Shown here one piece after another: positions 18,739-28,633 of a stretch of DNA of 56,934 nt. This DNA is from a virus. Its lineage: Duplodnaviria > Caudoviricetes. A program made the position numbers and the translations under genes. The stretch spans positions 1 through 56,934 of the IMG/VR virus record IMGVR_UViG_3300046804_003678; one strand, given 5' to 3'. The notes under the pieces are model-generated. The model made no database searches. It was not told the DNA's origin and saw nothing but the letters and a program-made list of their open reading frames with translations. Position 1 is the stretch's first letter, and each line of letters starts with the position of its first letter.

Positions 18739-19467
18739 ATGGCAACGTCATTATATTTTAACAATTTTTCTTCATCTGGTGAACAAAGATTAATTGAAGA
18801 TTTAGTTATAGAATCTATTAAGATCTATGGTGTAGATAATTACTACGTTCCTAGAAAAATTGTTAATTATAATAACACATTTAGAGAGCAAAACTTTACA
18901 GAGTACGGCACTGCTGTATCTGTTGAAATGTATGTTCGTAACGTTGATGGATTTGATGGAGAAGGTGAATTCCTTTCTGCCTTTGGTGTAGAAGTAAGAG
19001 AACAAATTACATTCTCTATGGCTCTAAGAACATTTGAGACTGAAGTAGGTTCAGTTCTTAGCAGAGATAGACCACTTGAAGGTGATCTTATATTTTTTCC
19101 ATTTACAAAAGCTCTATATGCAATCAAGTTTGTTAACAAGAAGCCTATCTTCTATCAGATGGGATCTTTACAGTTCTACGATATTGTTTGTGAATTGTTT
19201 GAATATTCTAATGAAGTATTCAATACTGGTGTTGATATTATTGATCAGACATATAATGCATTCTTAACCACTACTGAACCATATTATGCTCAGACAGAAG
19301 CAGGTTTGACCATTACTGATGAAAATGGTGATCCAATTGTAACAGAAGCATATGATATTGATAAGCTAGACACATCATCACAGAACAATCTATTTGAAAC
19401 TGAGGGACTTGATTTCCTTGATTTTACTGAAAGAGATCCTTTTAGTGAGATGGAAAGGAGAGCATAA
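18739..19467 (+). CDS. gp14: Neck protein gp14
   Basis: EQRLIEDLVIESIKIYG, RPLEGDLIFFP; synteny. Confidence 0.9.
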   Translation: MATSLYFNNFSSSGEQRLIEDLVIESIKIYGVDNYYVPRKIVNYNNTFREQNFTEYGTAVSVEMYVRNVDGFDGEGEFLSAFGVEVREQITFSMALRTFETEVGSVLSRDRPLEGDLIFFPFTKALYAIKFVNKKPIFYQMGSLQFYDIVCELFEYSNEVFNTGVDIIDQTYNAFLTTTEPYYAQTEAGLTITDENGDPIVTEAYDIDKLDTSSQNNLFETEGLDFLDFTERDPFSEMERRA

Positions 19468-20285
19468 TGATAGGTGGTCTCTCATTTTACAATACGCTAT
19501 TTAAAAAATATGTTGTGATATTTGGAACTCTTTTTAATAACATAAAGATTGAAAGAAGAAATGAAGCAGGAGTCTTAGAGCAAAACTTTAAGGTTCCTAT
19601 TGCATACGGTCCTCGTGAAAAGTTTCTTGCCCGTATTCAGGATAATCCTGATGCTATTGCTCAAACATCTATTAAGCTCCCAAGAATGGCTTTTCAGATT
19701 TCTTCTATCAATTATGCACCTGAAAGAAAACTTCAATCTATTAATAAAGTTGCATCCAAGAAGGATGTAAACGGTGTGAACGTATACAGCAAGGTTTACA
19801 ATCCAGTACCTTATGATCTAGGTTTCACGTTACAAATTCTTTCAAAGACAATGGAAGATGGTCTTAGAATTGTAGAACAAATTATTCCATATTTTACACC
19901 AGAATGGACAGTATCAGCAAAACTTTTAGGAACAGAGTTTGACAATGTAACTGATATTCCTCTTATACTTGATGAAGTACAGATCCAGGATCAATACGAA
20001 GATACATTCATTGCAAGAAAAGTACTAACTTTCACTTTGAACTTTACAATGAAATGTTACTTTTATGGACCTGTCACAGAAAGCAAAATTATTAAACTTG
20101 CAACTGTCAATCTATATCCTGATACTTCTGCAAACAGTATGTTGGTAACAACAACTGTGAGACCAGGATTAACAGTGGATGGTGAACCAACATCAAATGC
20201 AGATCTTTCTGTTGCATTGTCTCAAATTGATGAAGATGATAATTATGGATTTATTATTGATATAGTGGACAAGAACAATGCCTAA
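19467..20285 (+). CDS. gp15: Tail sheath stabiliser/completion protein gp15
   Basis: FGTLFNNI, VPIAYGPREKFLAR, EQIIPYFTP. Confidence 0.9.
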   Translation: MIGGLSFYNTLFKKYVVIFGTLFNNIKIERRNEAGVLEQNFKVPIAYGPREKFLARIQDNPDAIAQTSIKLPRMAFQISSINYAPERKLQSINKVASKKDVNGVNVYSKVYNPVPYDLGFTLQILSKTMEDGLRIVEQIIPYFTPEWTVSAKLLGTEFDNVTDIPLILDEVQIQDQYEDTFIARKVLTFTLNFTMKCYFYGPVTESKIIKLATVNLYPDTSANSMLVTTTVRPGLTVDGEPTSNADLSVALSQIDEDDNYGFIIDIVDKNNA

Positions 20286-20676
20286 AAGAGATATTATATC
20301 TCAGACTCTTGGAATAGATCCTATAGAACAACCTGGTAAAATTACTCAGGTTCTTCCTGCTTTGAAAGCACAAAATAGTGATGACTATGAATATGCACGT
20401 CGTAACCTCTATGATATAATAGAGAAGGGTAATAATGCGTTGGAGCATATTGTAGATATAGCCAAGCAATCAGAATCAGCACGCGCATTTGAAGTTGTTA
20501 CTAATCTTATCAAGACTATGGCAGATACAAACAAAGATCTTCTAAATCTAGCCAAAGTCAAAAAAGATCTTGAAAAAGATGATAGTATTCCTGATAAGAA
20601 TGTTACCAATAATAATCTCTTTGTAGGATCTTCAGCTGAACTACTGAAGATGATTAAAGATAAAAGTAATGAGTAA
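20278..20676 (+). CDS. gp16: Terminase small subunit gp16
   Basis: DDYEYARRNL, RAFEV, NNLFVGSSAELLK. Confidence 0.9.
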   Translation: MPKRDIISQTLGIDPIEQPGKITQVLPALKAQNSDDYEYARRNLYDIIEKGNNALEHIVDIAKQSESARAFEVVTNLIKTMADTNKDLLNLAKVKKDLEKDDSIPDKNVTNNNLFVGSSAELLKMIKDKSNE

Positions 20677-20872
20677 AATAATTCTTCTTACTGATGTATA
20701 TGAGACTAAAAGACGTAAAGAAGAAGAATTAAGATTTTATAATGAACAACTTGAAAAGCTAAAAAACAAGATGTTTTTTCTACAAAAAGATATAGATATA
20801 ACTAATCTTTGTATAGAGCTTATAGAAAAAGAAAAAGTTGTAGAAATTAGAAAAGTTATTTCAAATGAGTGA
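20669..20872 (+). CDS. Hypothetical coiled-coil protein
   Basis: Overlap-coupled between gp16 and gp17. Confidence 0.6.
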   Translation: MSKIILLTDVYETKRRKEEELRFYNEQLEKLKNKMFFLQKDIDITNLCIELIEKEKVVEIRKVISNE

Positions 20873-22460
20873 GATTTACTTAGGTAATAAGAACCTAAAG
20901 AATAAAGACGTAAAATTACAATATACAAAAGAGCAGATTGCAGAGTATATCAAATGCTCTCAAGATGTTGAATACTTTTGTGAAAAATACGTAAAGATTG
21001 TTTCTGTTGATAGAGGTTTGATACCATTCAAGCCTTTTGAATATCAAAAGAAGATGTATAATACTTTTGATAACAACAGATTCACAATCTGTAAGATGCC
21101 TCGTCAGGTTGGCAAGACTACTGGTGTTGTTGGATATCTATTACATAAGGTTCTTTTTAACGAGAACTACAACATAGCGGTTTTGGCAAATAAAGAGAGA
21201 CAGGCGCGAGAAATACTTTCAAGAGTTCAACTTGCATACGAGTGGTTGCCAAAATGGCTTCAGCAGGGTATTGTTGAGTGGAATAAAGGTAATATTGAAC
21301 TAGAGAACGGTTCCAAGATTCTAGCATCTTCGACATCATCATCTGCGGTTCGTGGACAATCTTATAATCTTGTTTATCTTGATGAGTTTGCATTCGTTCC
21401 TCGTAACGTTCAGGATGCATTCTTTGCTTCTGTATTTCCTACAATTTCTTCTGGTAGCACATCTAAACTACTTATTACATCTACACCCAACGGTATGAAT
21501 TTATTTTATAAAATCTGGGTAGATTCAGAAGAGGGTAGAAATAATTACGCTCGTGTTGATGTTCATTGGTCTGATGTTCCTGGTCGTGATGAGAAGTGGA
21601 AAGATGAGACTATTAGAAACACTTCCATTGATCAGTTCAGACAGGAGTTTGAGTGTGAGTTCTTAGGATCTACAAACACTCTTGTTCATCCTTCAACGTT
21701 GAATAAACTGACTTTTATCTCCCCTCTCAGAATAACTGGTGGTGTAAAGGTATACAAAGAACCAGTCAAAGATCATGTGTATTCTATGACTGTTGACGTA
21801 TCTGAAGGACTGGGATTAGACTCGTCTGCATTTGTCGTGATAGATTGTACAAAAGTTCCATATGAGGTAGTTGCAACGTTTAAAGATGCAAACATTTCTC
21901 AGCTTCTGTTTCCAACTCTGATTCACAATGTAGCAAGATATTATAATGATGCTGCTGTTTTAATAGAAATAAACGTTGGTTCTCAAGTTGTCAACATTCT
22001 CCACCAAGATCTGGAATATGAGAATGTTGTTATGACAAAAGCAACAGGTAGAAAAGGAACTGTAGTAGGAACTGCGGCAGGCCAGTCTAGGTTGGGTATA
22101 AAAACTACCAAAATTACCAAGAGAATTGGTTGTGCTAATATAAAATCGATAATAGAAGATAACAAGATATTTTTAAATGATTACGATGTCATTCACGAGC
22201 TATCAACATATGTTGTAGATGGTACGACATATAATGCAGAAGAAGGATATCATGATGATTTGGTGATGTGTCTAGTATTGTTTGCTTGGATGATTCAACA
22301 GAATTATTTCAAGGATGTATCAAACACAGATATTAGAAAAAGAATGATAGAAGAACAGGAAGATACTTTTTCGCCATTTTTTATTGATGATCACCATCCT
22401 GAAGACGTTTCTCCTAAGACTTTAAGCGATCAATCATTCGAAAGATTCCTTCTAAACTAG
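20865..22460 (+). CDS. gp17: Terminase large subunit gp17
   Basis: PRQVGKTT Walker A, YLDEFAF Walker B, HDDLVM nuclease motif. Confidence 0.95.
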   Translation: MSEIYLGNKNLKNKDVKLQYTKEQIAEYIKCSQDVEYFCEKYVKIVSVDRGLIPFKPFEYQKKMYNTFDNNRFTICKMPRQVGKTTGVVGYLLHKVLFNENYNIAVLANKERQAREILSRVQLAYEWLPKWLQQGIVEWNKGNIELENGSKILASSTSSSAVRGQSYNLVYLDEFAFVPRNVQDAFFASVFPTISSGSTSKLLITSTPNGMNLFYKIWVDSEEGRNNYARVDVHWSDVPGRDEKWKDETIRNTSIDQFRQEFECEFLGSTNTLVHPSTLNKLTFISPLRITGGVKVYKEPVKDHVYSMTVDVSEGLGLDSSAFVVIDCTKVPYEVVATFKDANISQLLFPTLIHNVARYYNDAAVLIEINVGSQVVNILHQDLEYENVVMTKATGRKGTVVGTAAGQSRLGIKTTKITKRIGCANIKSIIEDNKIFLNDYDVIHELSTYVVDGTTYNAEEGYHDDLVMCLVLFAWMIQQNYFKDVSNTDIRKRMIEEQEDTFSPFFIDDHHPEDVSPKTLSDQSFERFLLN

Positions 22461-22465
22461 GATTT

Positions 22466-22473
22466 TATAAATA
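22466..22473 (+). promoter_or_regulatory. Late promoter TATAAATA
   Basis: Upstream of gp18. Confidence 0.8.
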
Positions 22474-22516
22474 AAGACACTGGATATTGAGTTATTTTAT
22501 TATAAAGGAGAAACCA

Positions 22517-24538
22517 ATGCCATTTCAAGTAAGTCCTGGTGTAAATGTATCAGAGGTTGACCTTACTACAATTGTGCCAGCAGTTACCTCTACAGTAGGA
22601 GCAATTGCTGGTGTATTTAGTTGGGGACCTGTGGAGGACCGAGTATTAATTTCAACTGAAAACGAACTAGTTAATACTTTTGGTAAGCCAACATCATCAA
22701 ATTTCGAAACATTTTATTCTGCAGCTAATTTTCTAGCATACGGCAATCAGCTCTATGTTTCAAGAGCAGCTGGTGCAGCCAATTACAACGCAATTGCAAA
22801 CACTTCTGGTGGTTCAACATCAACTACAGCAGTAAAAAATAGAACCAATTTTGATTCTCAAGAATCTACTCTTGCTTCAGGAACTAGCAACTTTGTTGCC
22901 AAGTATCCAGGATCTATTGGCAATTCATTAAAGATTTCTGTTTGTCCATCAGCTGATGCTTATTCACAAACATTCACAGCAAACACTCTATGTAATGTCC
23001 AATCTTATATGGTTCTTGGAAGTTCGTCACTAGCAATCAATTGTACTGGTTCTATTGCAACAGTTGTTGCTAATACAATTTACAATAATATTACAGCTGG
23101 TGATTATATTCTTATTGGAAACTCAACTATTGGAACACAATATGTACAAGTTTCAAGTGTGACTCTTACAGCTCATACTGGCACAAACAGTACTGTAGAT
23201 ATCACAACAGAAGAAATACAAAAGTTAAAGACTACTTTTGATACTTCAGCAACTGCAAATACAAATTCAGTAACAAGATACTGGGAATATTTCAATGCGG
23301 TTGATGGTGCTCCTGGTACGTCTGCATATGTTGCAACAAGAAATGCAAACACCACAATTGGAGATGAACTTCACATTGTAGTTGCAGATGAAGATGGTGT
23401 AATAACTGGAGTTCCTGGCTCAATCCTAGAAGTATGGAAGAATGTTTCTAGAGCTACAGATTCTAAAGGTGAACAGGGTGGTTCAATCTATTACAAGGAT
23501 GTTCTCAAGAACAGCTCACAATGGGTATGGCCAGCAAATGACTTTGTTGGAACAGGAACAGCGGCTGCATTAACTGCAACTACTAACTCAATGGTTGAGA
23601 CTCAATCATTTGGTGGTGGTGGTTCTGATGATACAGAATCTAGCATTGCAGTAGCAAAAATCATGACAGCTTATGATGTATTTGCATCGTCAAGTGAGAT
23701 TGATATATCTCTTGTTCTTGGTGGCAAGGCACATGGTGGATCAGGTGAGCAAGTAGCAAACTACATCATAGACAACATCTGTGAAACTAGAAAAGATTGC
23801 GTAGCTTTCGTATCACCACCTAGCACATCAACAGTTAATGTTCCAGGAAATGAAGCATCAAATCTAGTTACTTTCCGTAACCTTTTACGCTCAACATCAT
23901 ATGCTGTACTTGATTCTGGTCACAAATACCAGTATGACAAGTATAACGATCTTTATCGTTGGGTTCCAATGAACGGTGATATTGCTGGTCTTTGTGTAAG
24001 AACAGACAATACTCGTGATCCTTGGTATTCTCCAGCAGGATTCAATCGTGGTGGAATCAAGAATGTAGTCAAGCTTGCCTATAATCCAGACAAGGCAGAT
24101 CGTGACCTTCTTTATAAGAGTGGTATTAATCCAGTAGTTAACTTCCCAGGTCAGGGCGTAGTTCTTTACGGTGATAAGACACTTCTTTCTAAACCATCTG
24201 CATTCGATCGTATCAATGTTCGTAGATTGTTCATTGTACTTGAAAAGGCAATTGCTAAAGCAGCTCAATCATCACTATTCGAATTCAATGATGATTTCAC
24301 AAGAGCAGCTTTCCGTAACCTCGTAGAACCATATCTACGTGACATCCAGGGTCGTCGTGGTATCTACGACTTCAGAGTAGTTTGTGACACAACAAACAAC
24401 ACTCCAGAAGTCATTGATCGTAACGAATTCCGCGGTGATATATTCGTAAAGCCAGCTCGTTCAATCAACTTCATCCAGCTTAACTTTGTTGCAGTACGCA
24501 CAGGGGTAGAGTTTGATGAAATCGTAGGCAAGTTTTAA
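22517..24538 (+). CDS. gp18: Tail sheath protein gp18
   Basis: SPGVNVSEVDLT, PWYSPAGFNRG, FDRINVRRLF. Confidence 0.95.
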   Translation: MPFQVSPGVNVSEVDLTTIVPAVTSTVGAIAGVFSWGPVEDRVLISTENELVNTFGKPTSSNFETFYSAANFLAYGNQLYVSRAAGAANYNAIANTSGGSTSTTAVKNRTNFDSQESTLASGTSNFVAKYPGSIGNSLKISVCPSADAYSQTFTANTLCNVQSYMVLGSSSLAINCTGSIATVVANTIYNNITAGDYILIGNSTIGTQYVQVSSVTLTAHTGTNSTVDITTEEIQKLKTTFDTSATANTNSVTRYWEYFNAVDGAPGTSAYVATRNANTTIGDELHIVVADEDGVITGVPGSILEVWKNVSRATDSKGEQGGSIYYKDVLKNSSQWVWPANDFVGTGTAAALTATTNSMVETQSFGGGGSDDTESSIAVAKIMTAYDVFASSSEIDISLVLGGKAHGGSGEQVANYIIDNICETRKDCVAFVSPPSTSTVNVPGNEASNLVTFRNLLRSTSYAVLDSGHKYQYDKYNDLYRWVPMNGDIAGLCVRTDNTRDPWYSPAGFNRGGIKNVVKLAYNPDKADRDLLYKSGINPVVNFPGQGVVLYGDKTLLSKPSAFDRINVRRLFIVLEKAIAKAAQSSLFEFNDDFTRAAFRNLVEPYLRDIQGRRGIYDFRVVCDTTNNTPEVIDRNEFRGDIFVKPARSINFIQLNFVAVRTGVEFDEIVGKF

Positions 24539-24552
24539 GGGAGGAATGACAA

Positions 24553-25104
24553 ATGGCTTTCAATATAAATGACATTCGTGCCCAACTTGCGTTTGGCGGT
24601 GCACGTCCAAGTCTATTCCAAGTAATCATCAGCAACCCAGTAAATCCGGTTGCTGATATTAAGCTTCCTTTCCTCTGTAAGACAGCTCAGTTGCCTAGCT
24701 CACAAATAGGTGTTATTGAAGTGCCTTACTTTGGCAGAAAGCTAAAGATTGCTGGAGATCGTACTTTTGATGCATGGACAGTTACAATCATTAACGATGA
24801 AGACTTCCTTGTTCGTAATGCAATGGAACAGTGGAACAATTCAATCCAGTTGTACCAGCAAAACGTGACCGCACTAGGTTCAGGTGCTCCATCACTCTAT
24901 AAGTCACAGGCAACTGTCACACAATACGGCAAGGCTGGTGAGGTTCTTAGAGTGTATCAATTCAACGGTATCTTCCCACAAGCAGTAGGTCCAATTGATC
25001 TTGCATGGAATACAGTTGATGAGATCGAAGAGTTCCAAGTACAGTTCCAGTATGATACTTTCGAAGTATTGAATAGTATCACTGGTAACGCAGGTGGTGC
25101 ATAA
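24553..25104 (+). CDS. gp19: Tail tube protein gp19
   Basis: GGARPSLF, GRKLKIAGDRTF.WTVT. Confidence 0.95.
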   Translation: MAFNINDIRAQLAFGGARPSLFQVIISNPVNPVADIKLPFLCKTAQLPSSQIGVIEVPYFGRKLKIAGDRTFDAWTVTIINDEDFLVRNAMEQWNNSIQLYQQNVTALGSGAPSLYKSQATVTQYGKAGEVLRVYQFNGIFPQAVGPIDLAWNTVDEIEEFQVQFQYDTFEVLNSITGNAGGA

Positions 25105-25115
25105 TCATTAGAGAT

Positions 25116-25150
25116 AGGGCCGTCATAAATATCATGATGGCCCTCTTTCT
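25116..25150 (+). terminator. Hairpin after gp19 overlapping the late-promoter-like CATAAATA (25124..25131)
   Basis: AGGGCCGTCAT-AAATATC-ATGATGGCCCT followed by CTTTCT. Confidence 0.55.
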
Positions 25151-25166
25151 CTAAGGAAAATATAGT

Positions 25167-26744
25167 ATGGCGGTAAATTTATTCGGATTTGAAATTAAAA
25201 GAAAAGATGATACACCAATAGAATCGTTTGCTCCAAGGGTTAACGATGATGGTGCAGTCGTTGTAGCGGCTGGTGGTTCATACGGTACATACATTGATCT
25301 TGATGGTACTGCTCGTACAGAATCAGAACTAGTTTCCAAATATAGAGAAATATCATTAGAAGCAGATATTGATCGTGCAATTGACGATATTGTCAATGAG
25401 ATGATTGACACAGATTCCGATGAGGTTGTTTCTATCAATACAGATAAACTAGAATATTCTGATGGTGTAAAAAATAGAATTAGAGAAGAATTTGATATTA
25501 TATTAGATCTTCTTAACTTTCAAAATGAAGCATATGAGATTGTCAAGAGATGGTACATTGATGGAAGAATGTACTTCCATGTGATTATTAATGAAAAGAA
25601 TCCAAGATTGGGTATACAGGAACTTCGTTATATTGATCCTCGTAAGATCCGTAAAGTAAGAGAAGTCCGTAAGAGACCAAAAGGTAGTATTACAGTTACT
25701 ACAAAACAAAACGAATACTTTGTATATAACGAGAGAAATTTTCTCCCAGCAGGTGGTAATGCTGGTCTTCCTATGGATACAGGTGCTACATCTGGTGTAA
25801 AGATATCCGTAGATTCTATTTTACATTGCACTTCTGGTCTTATGGATAAAAACAATGCTTTTGTTTATTCGTATCTTCAGAAGGCAATCCGTCCTCTCAA
25901 TCAGTTAAGAACACTAGAAGATGCAACGGTTATCTACCGTATATCTCGTGCACCTGAACGTCGTATTTTCTATATTGATGTTGGTAACCTTCCTAAGATT
26001 AAGGCTGAACAATATCTAAGAGAAATGATGGTCAAGCATAAGAACCGTCTTGTGTATGATGCAACAACTGGTGAGGTTCGTGACGATCGTAAGTATATGA
26101 CGATGTTAGAAGATTACTGGTTACCACGCCGTGAAGGCAATCGTGGTACAGAAATCACTACATTGCCTGCAGGTCAGAATCTTGGTGAGATGGCAGATGT
26201 TGAGTATTTTCAACAAAAGCTTTTTCAATCACTCAATGTTCCTATCTCACGTTTGAAAGGTTCAGAGGCAGGATTCAATTTAGGTCGTGCAGCAGAGATA
26301 ACACGTGATGAAGTAAAGTTTACTAAGTTTGCTGGCCGTCTTAGAAAGAGATTTGCACAGCTTTTTATGAAAGCTCTCGAGAAGCAGCTTATCCTTAAGG
26401 GTATTGTTTCAGAGCAGGATTGGCCAGAAATATCAAATGCAATCAATTTTGATTTTGCTATTGATAACCATTTTGAAGAATTTAAACAAGCAGAAGTCCT
26501 ACAGAATAGATTGCAAAATCTAAACAATGTGCTACCTTACATTGGTCGTTTCTATTCTGATCTATGGGTTCGTAAGAATGTTCTTATGCAGTCAGAAGAT
26601 GATATCCAGCAAATGATGGAAGAAATTGCACAAGAAGGAAGTCAGCCTACACCGGAAGGTGATGAGCAATTTTCACCAGATGCTAACAATACAATTCAAG
26701 CCAAACCCGGAACAGTACCAAATATTGATGGGGCTGGTAGGTAA
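25167..26744 (+). CDS. gp20: Portal protein gp20
   Basis: YRISRAPERRIFYIDVGNLP, MLEDYWLPRREG. Confidence 0.95.
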   Translation: MAVNLFGFEIKRKDDTPIESFAPRVNDDGAVVVAAGGSYGTYIDLDGTARTESELVSKYREISLEADIDRAIDDIVNEMIDTDSDEVVSINTDKLEYSDGVKNRIREEFDIILDLLNFQNEAYEIVKRWYIDGRMYFHVIINEKNPRLGIQELRYIDPRKIRKVREVRKRPKGSITVTTKQNEYFVYNERNFLPAGGNAGLPMDTGATSGVKISVDSILHCTSGLMDKNNAFVYSYLQKAIRPLNQLRTLEDATVIYRISRAPERRIFYIDVGNLPKIKAEQYLREMMVKHKNRLVYDATTGEVRDDRKYMTMLEDYWLPRREGNRGTEITTLPAGQNLGEMADVEYFQQKLFQSLNVPISRLKGSEAGFNLGRAAEITRDEVKFTKFAGRLRKRFAQLFMKALEKQLILKGIVSEQDWPEISNAINFDFAIDNHFEEFKQAEVLQNRLQNLNNVLPYIGRFYSDLWVRKNVLMQSEDDIQQMMEEIAQEGSQPTPEGDEQFSPDANNTIQAKPGTVPNIDGAGR

Positions 26745-26756
26745 TTAACGTTTTTT

Positions 26757-26764
26757 TATAAATA
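26757..26764 (+). promoter_or_regulatory. Late promoter TATAAATA
   Basis: Upstream of the prohead core region. Confidence 0.8.
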
Positions 26765-26789
26765 ATTTATAGGATTTTTGGAGGCTACT

Positions 26790-27041
26790 ATGAGTGATAT
26801 TGAGAATGTTTTAGCGCACGCATGGAATAAAGATGCAGTAAATTTAGCTCCAGCTTTGGATGCAGTAATGTCATCTAAAGCTGCAGATGCTATTCAGGGA
26901 ATGTATTCGTCTGTTGCAGCATCACTGTTTGGCCAAGAAGTACATAATGAAGAAGTACCTCAAGAACAACAAGAAATACAACAAACAGAAGATTTACCAG
27001 ATCAAACTCACGAGGAACCATCTAATGTCGACTCAGAATAA
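26790..27041 (+). CDS. Small acidic prohead core protein (gp67-like)
   Basis: Position after the portal; acidic tail. Confidence 0.55.
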   Translation: MSDIENVLAHAWNKDAVNLAPALDAVMSSKAADAIQGMYSSVAASLFGQEVHNEEVPQEQQEIQQTEDLPDQTHEEPSNVDSE

Positions 27042-28623
27042 TATTGACGAAGTAGCAGAACCACTATCAAAAGGTGAGAAGGCTTTCAAGGCTCTTCATG
27101 CAGTAGCTCTTAATAAGAAAATTGTTCCTGGTGTAACAGATCAAGAACACGTTTTCAAGGGTCAAGAAAGAAAGCTAGATCAACCAACTGCTTCTCTTGA
27201 GATCTATAAGTCAGAAGATGAGTCAAAAGAAAACTACGATAAAGGTCTTAAGACGTCTGATGAAAGCGTAGAAGAAGCAACATTGTCAGCTAAGGCTGCT
27301 CGTGCTGGTAAAGATATTGGTGCACCTGGTAAGAACTTTGCTAAGATTGCAAAGGATGCTGCAAAGCGTTATGGTTCAAAAGCAGCAGGTGAAAGAGTTG
27401 CTGGTGCAGTTCTTGCCAAGATGCGTGCTCATGAAGAAGTAGAACAAACAGACGAAGGTTTATCTAAGAATTGGGATAGTGCTCATACAAAAGATAAAGA
27501 CCTACAACATACAAAACCTTCTATGAAAAATTATAGAAGGCCAGGCGAAGAAATGAGGTCAGCTCTCAGTAAAATGGCTGCTGATAAAGTAGGTGAATTT
27601 CTTGCCAAAGGCGGTAAAATTAAAAAAATTAAAGAGGAAGAAGAGTTAGAAGAAAAGACTCTTACTCCTGCAGAGACAAAGAAGCGTGAAGAAGTTGCAA
27701 AAGCAATATCACGTGAAAACCCAGACATGCCTATGGCAAAGAAGATGGCTATTGCAACTGCAACTGCAAAGAAGGTAGCTGAAGATGTTGATTATGATTA
27801 CGAAGGTGAAATGGCAAAAGCTGAACTTCGTGCAGTGTGTGATAAGGCAGAAAAGTTAGCTAACATGCTAACAGATGATCAGCAGCTAGAAGCATGGTTG
27901 CAATCAAAGATTTCTAAGGCAAAAGACTATATTGATGCTGTATATGATTACATGATGTATCGTGAAAAGCCAACTGTTGCAGCACCACAAGCTATGCCAA
28001 CACAATCAGACACAATGGCAGGAACTTATGGTTCCTTCTTAAACCGTATGGGAGAAGAAACAGAAATGTCAGAAGAAACTGTAGACGAAGCAATGGGCAC
28101 TATGGCAAGCATTAAAGCTGGTGCAAAGAAGGGTTATGAGGACTCACGTCGTGCACAGCTAGCAGCAATGGCTCATCCAAAAGATCAAATTACTAAGAAG
28201 GACGTTCTTGTTGCTCGTGGTGTTCTTACACCAGATGGCAAGAAAGTAAAAGAAGAAAATGAATATATTGAATTAAAGAGCAAGGCACTTGCTAATGCTT
28301 TTGAAAAGATGGATTTTATTAGTGGTAAGAACAAGCCAGCTCATACAAATAACCTAGGCTCTTCAAAAACTAAGCAAGGCATTGGTTCTAATTCTAGTGT
28401 TCATAATGCCGATACGCAATCTCACACTAATGTTAAGTCTGGATCTACTCAAACTAAGCAAGGCATTGGTTCTGATTCTAGTGTTCATGATAAGGTAGTT
28501 AATACTAAACCAGCTCCTAGAAGAGGTGATTTGATAGGAGGCAGAAACCAATCACCACAGCCAAGAAGAGGTGATTTGATAGGAGGCCCAAACCGAGCCC
28601 AACCACCAAAGTATACAAAGTAA
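27025..28623 (+). CDS. Large modular internal head/prohead core protein (532 aa)
   Basis: ATG at 27025 after GAGGA; K/A-rich modules separated by acidic E-x-E-x-DE linkers. Confidence 0.65.
   Translation: MSTQNNIDEVAEPLSKGEKAFKALHAVALNKKIVPGVTDQEHVFKGQERKLDQPTASLEIYKSEDESKENYDKGLKTSDESVEEATLSAKAARAGKDIGAPGKNFAKIAKDAAKRYGSKAAGERVAGAVLAKMRAHEEVEQTDEGLSKNWDSAHTKDKDLQHTKPSMKNYRRPGEEMRSALSKMAADKVGEFLAKGGKIKKIKEEEELEEKTLTPAETKKREEVAKAISRENPDMPMAKKMAIATATAKKVAEDVDYDYEGEMAKAELRAVCDKAEKLANMLTDDQQLEAWLQSKISKAKDYIDAVYDYMMYREKPTVAAPQAMPTQSDTMAGTYGSFLNRMGEETEMSEETVDEAMGTMASIKAGAKKGYEDSRRAQLAAMAHPKDQITKKDVLVARGVLTPDGKKVKEENEYIELKSKALANAFEKMDFISGKNKPAHTNNLGSSKTKQGIGSNSSVHNADTQSHTNVKSGSTQTKQGIGSDSSVHDKVVNTKPAPRRGDLIGGRNQSPQPRRGDLIGGPNRAQPPKYTK
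28367..28587 (+). repeat. Two pairs of intragenic direct repeats
   Basis: 28367..28404 vs 28451..28488 (38 bp, 1 mismatch); 28519..28542 vs 28564..28587 (24 bp, identical). Confidence 0.85.
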
Positions 28624-28633
28624 TTGATATATT

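Noticed and set aside
26887-27024. N-terminal extension of the 578-aa ORF
   Set aside because: It overlaps the gp67-like gene; the ATG at 27025 has a proper SD
28519-28587. RGD integrin-binding motif twice
   Set aside because: It arises from a local duplication in a probable internal head protein of a bacteriophage; no plausible role
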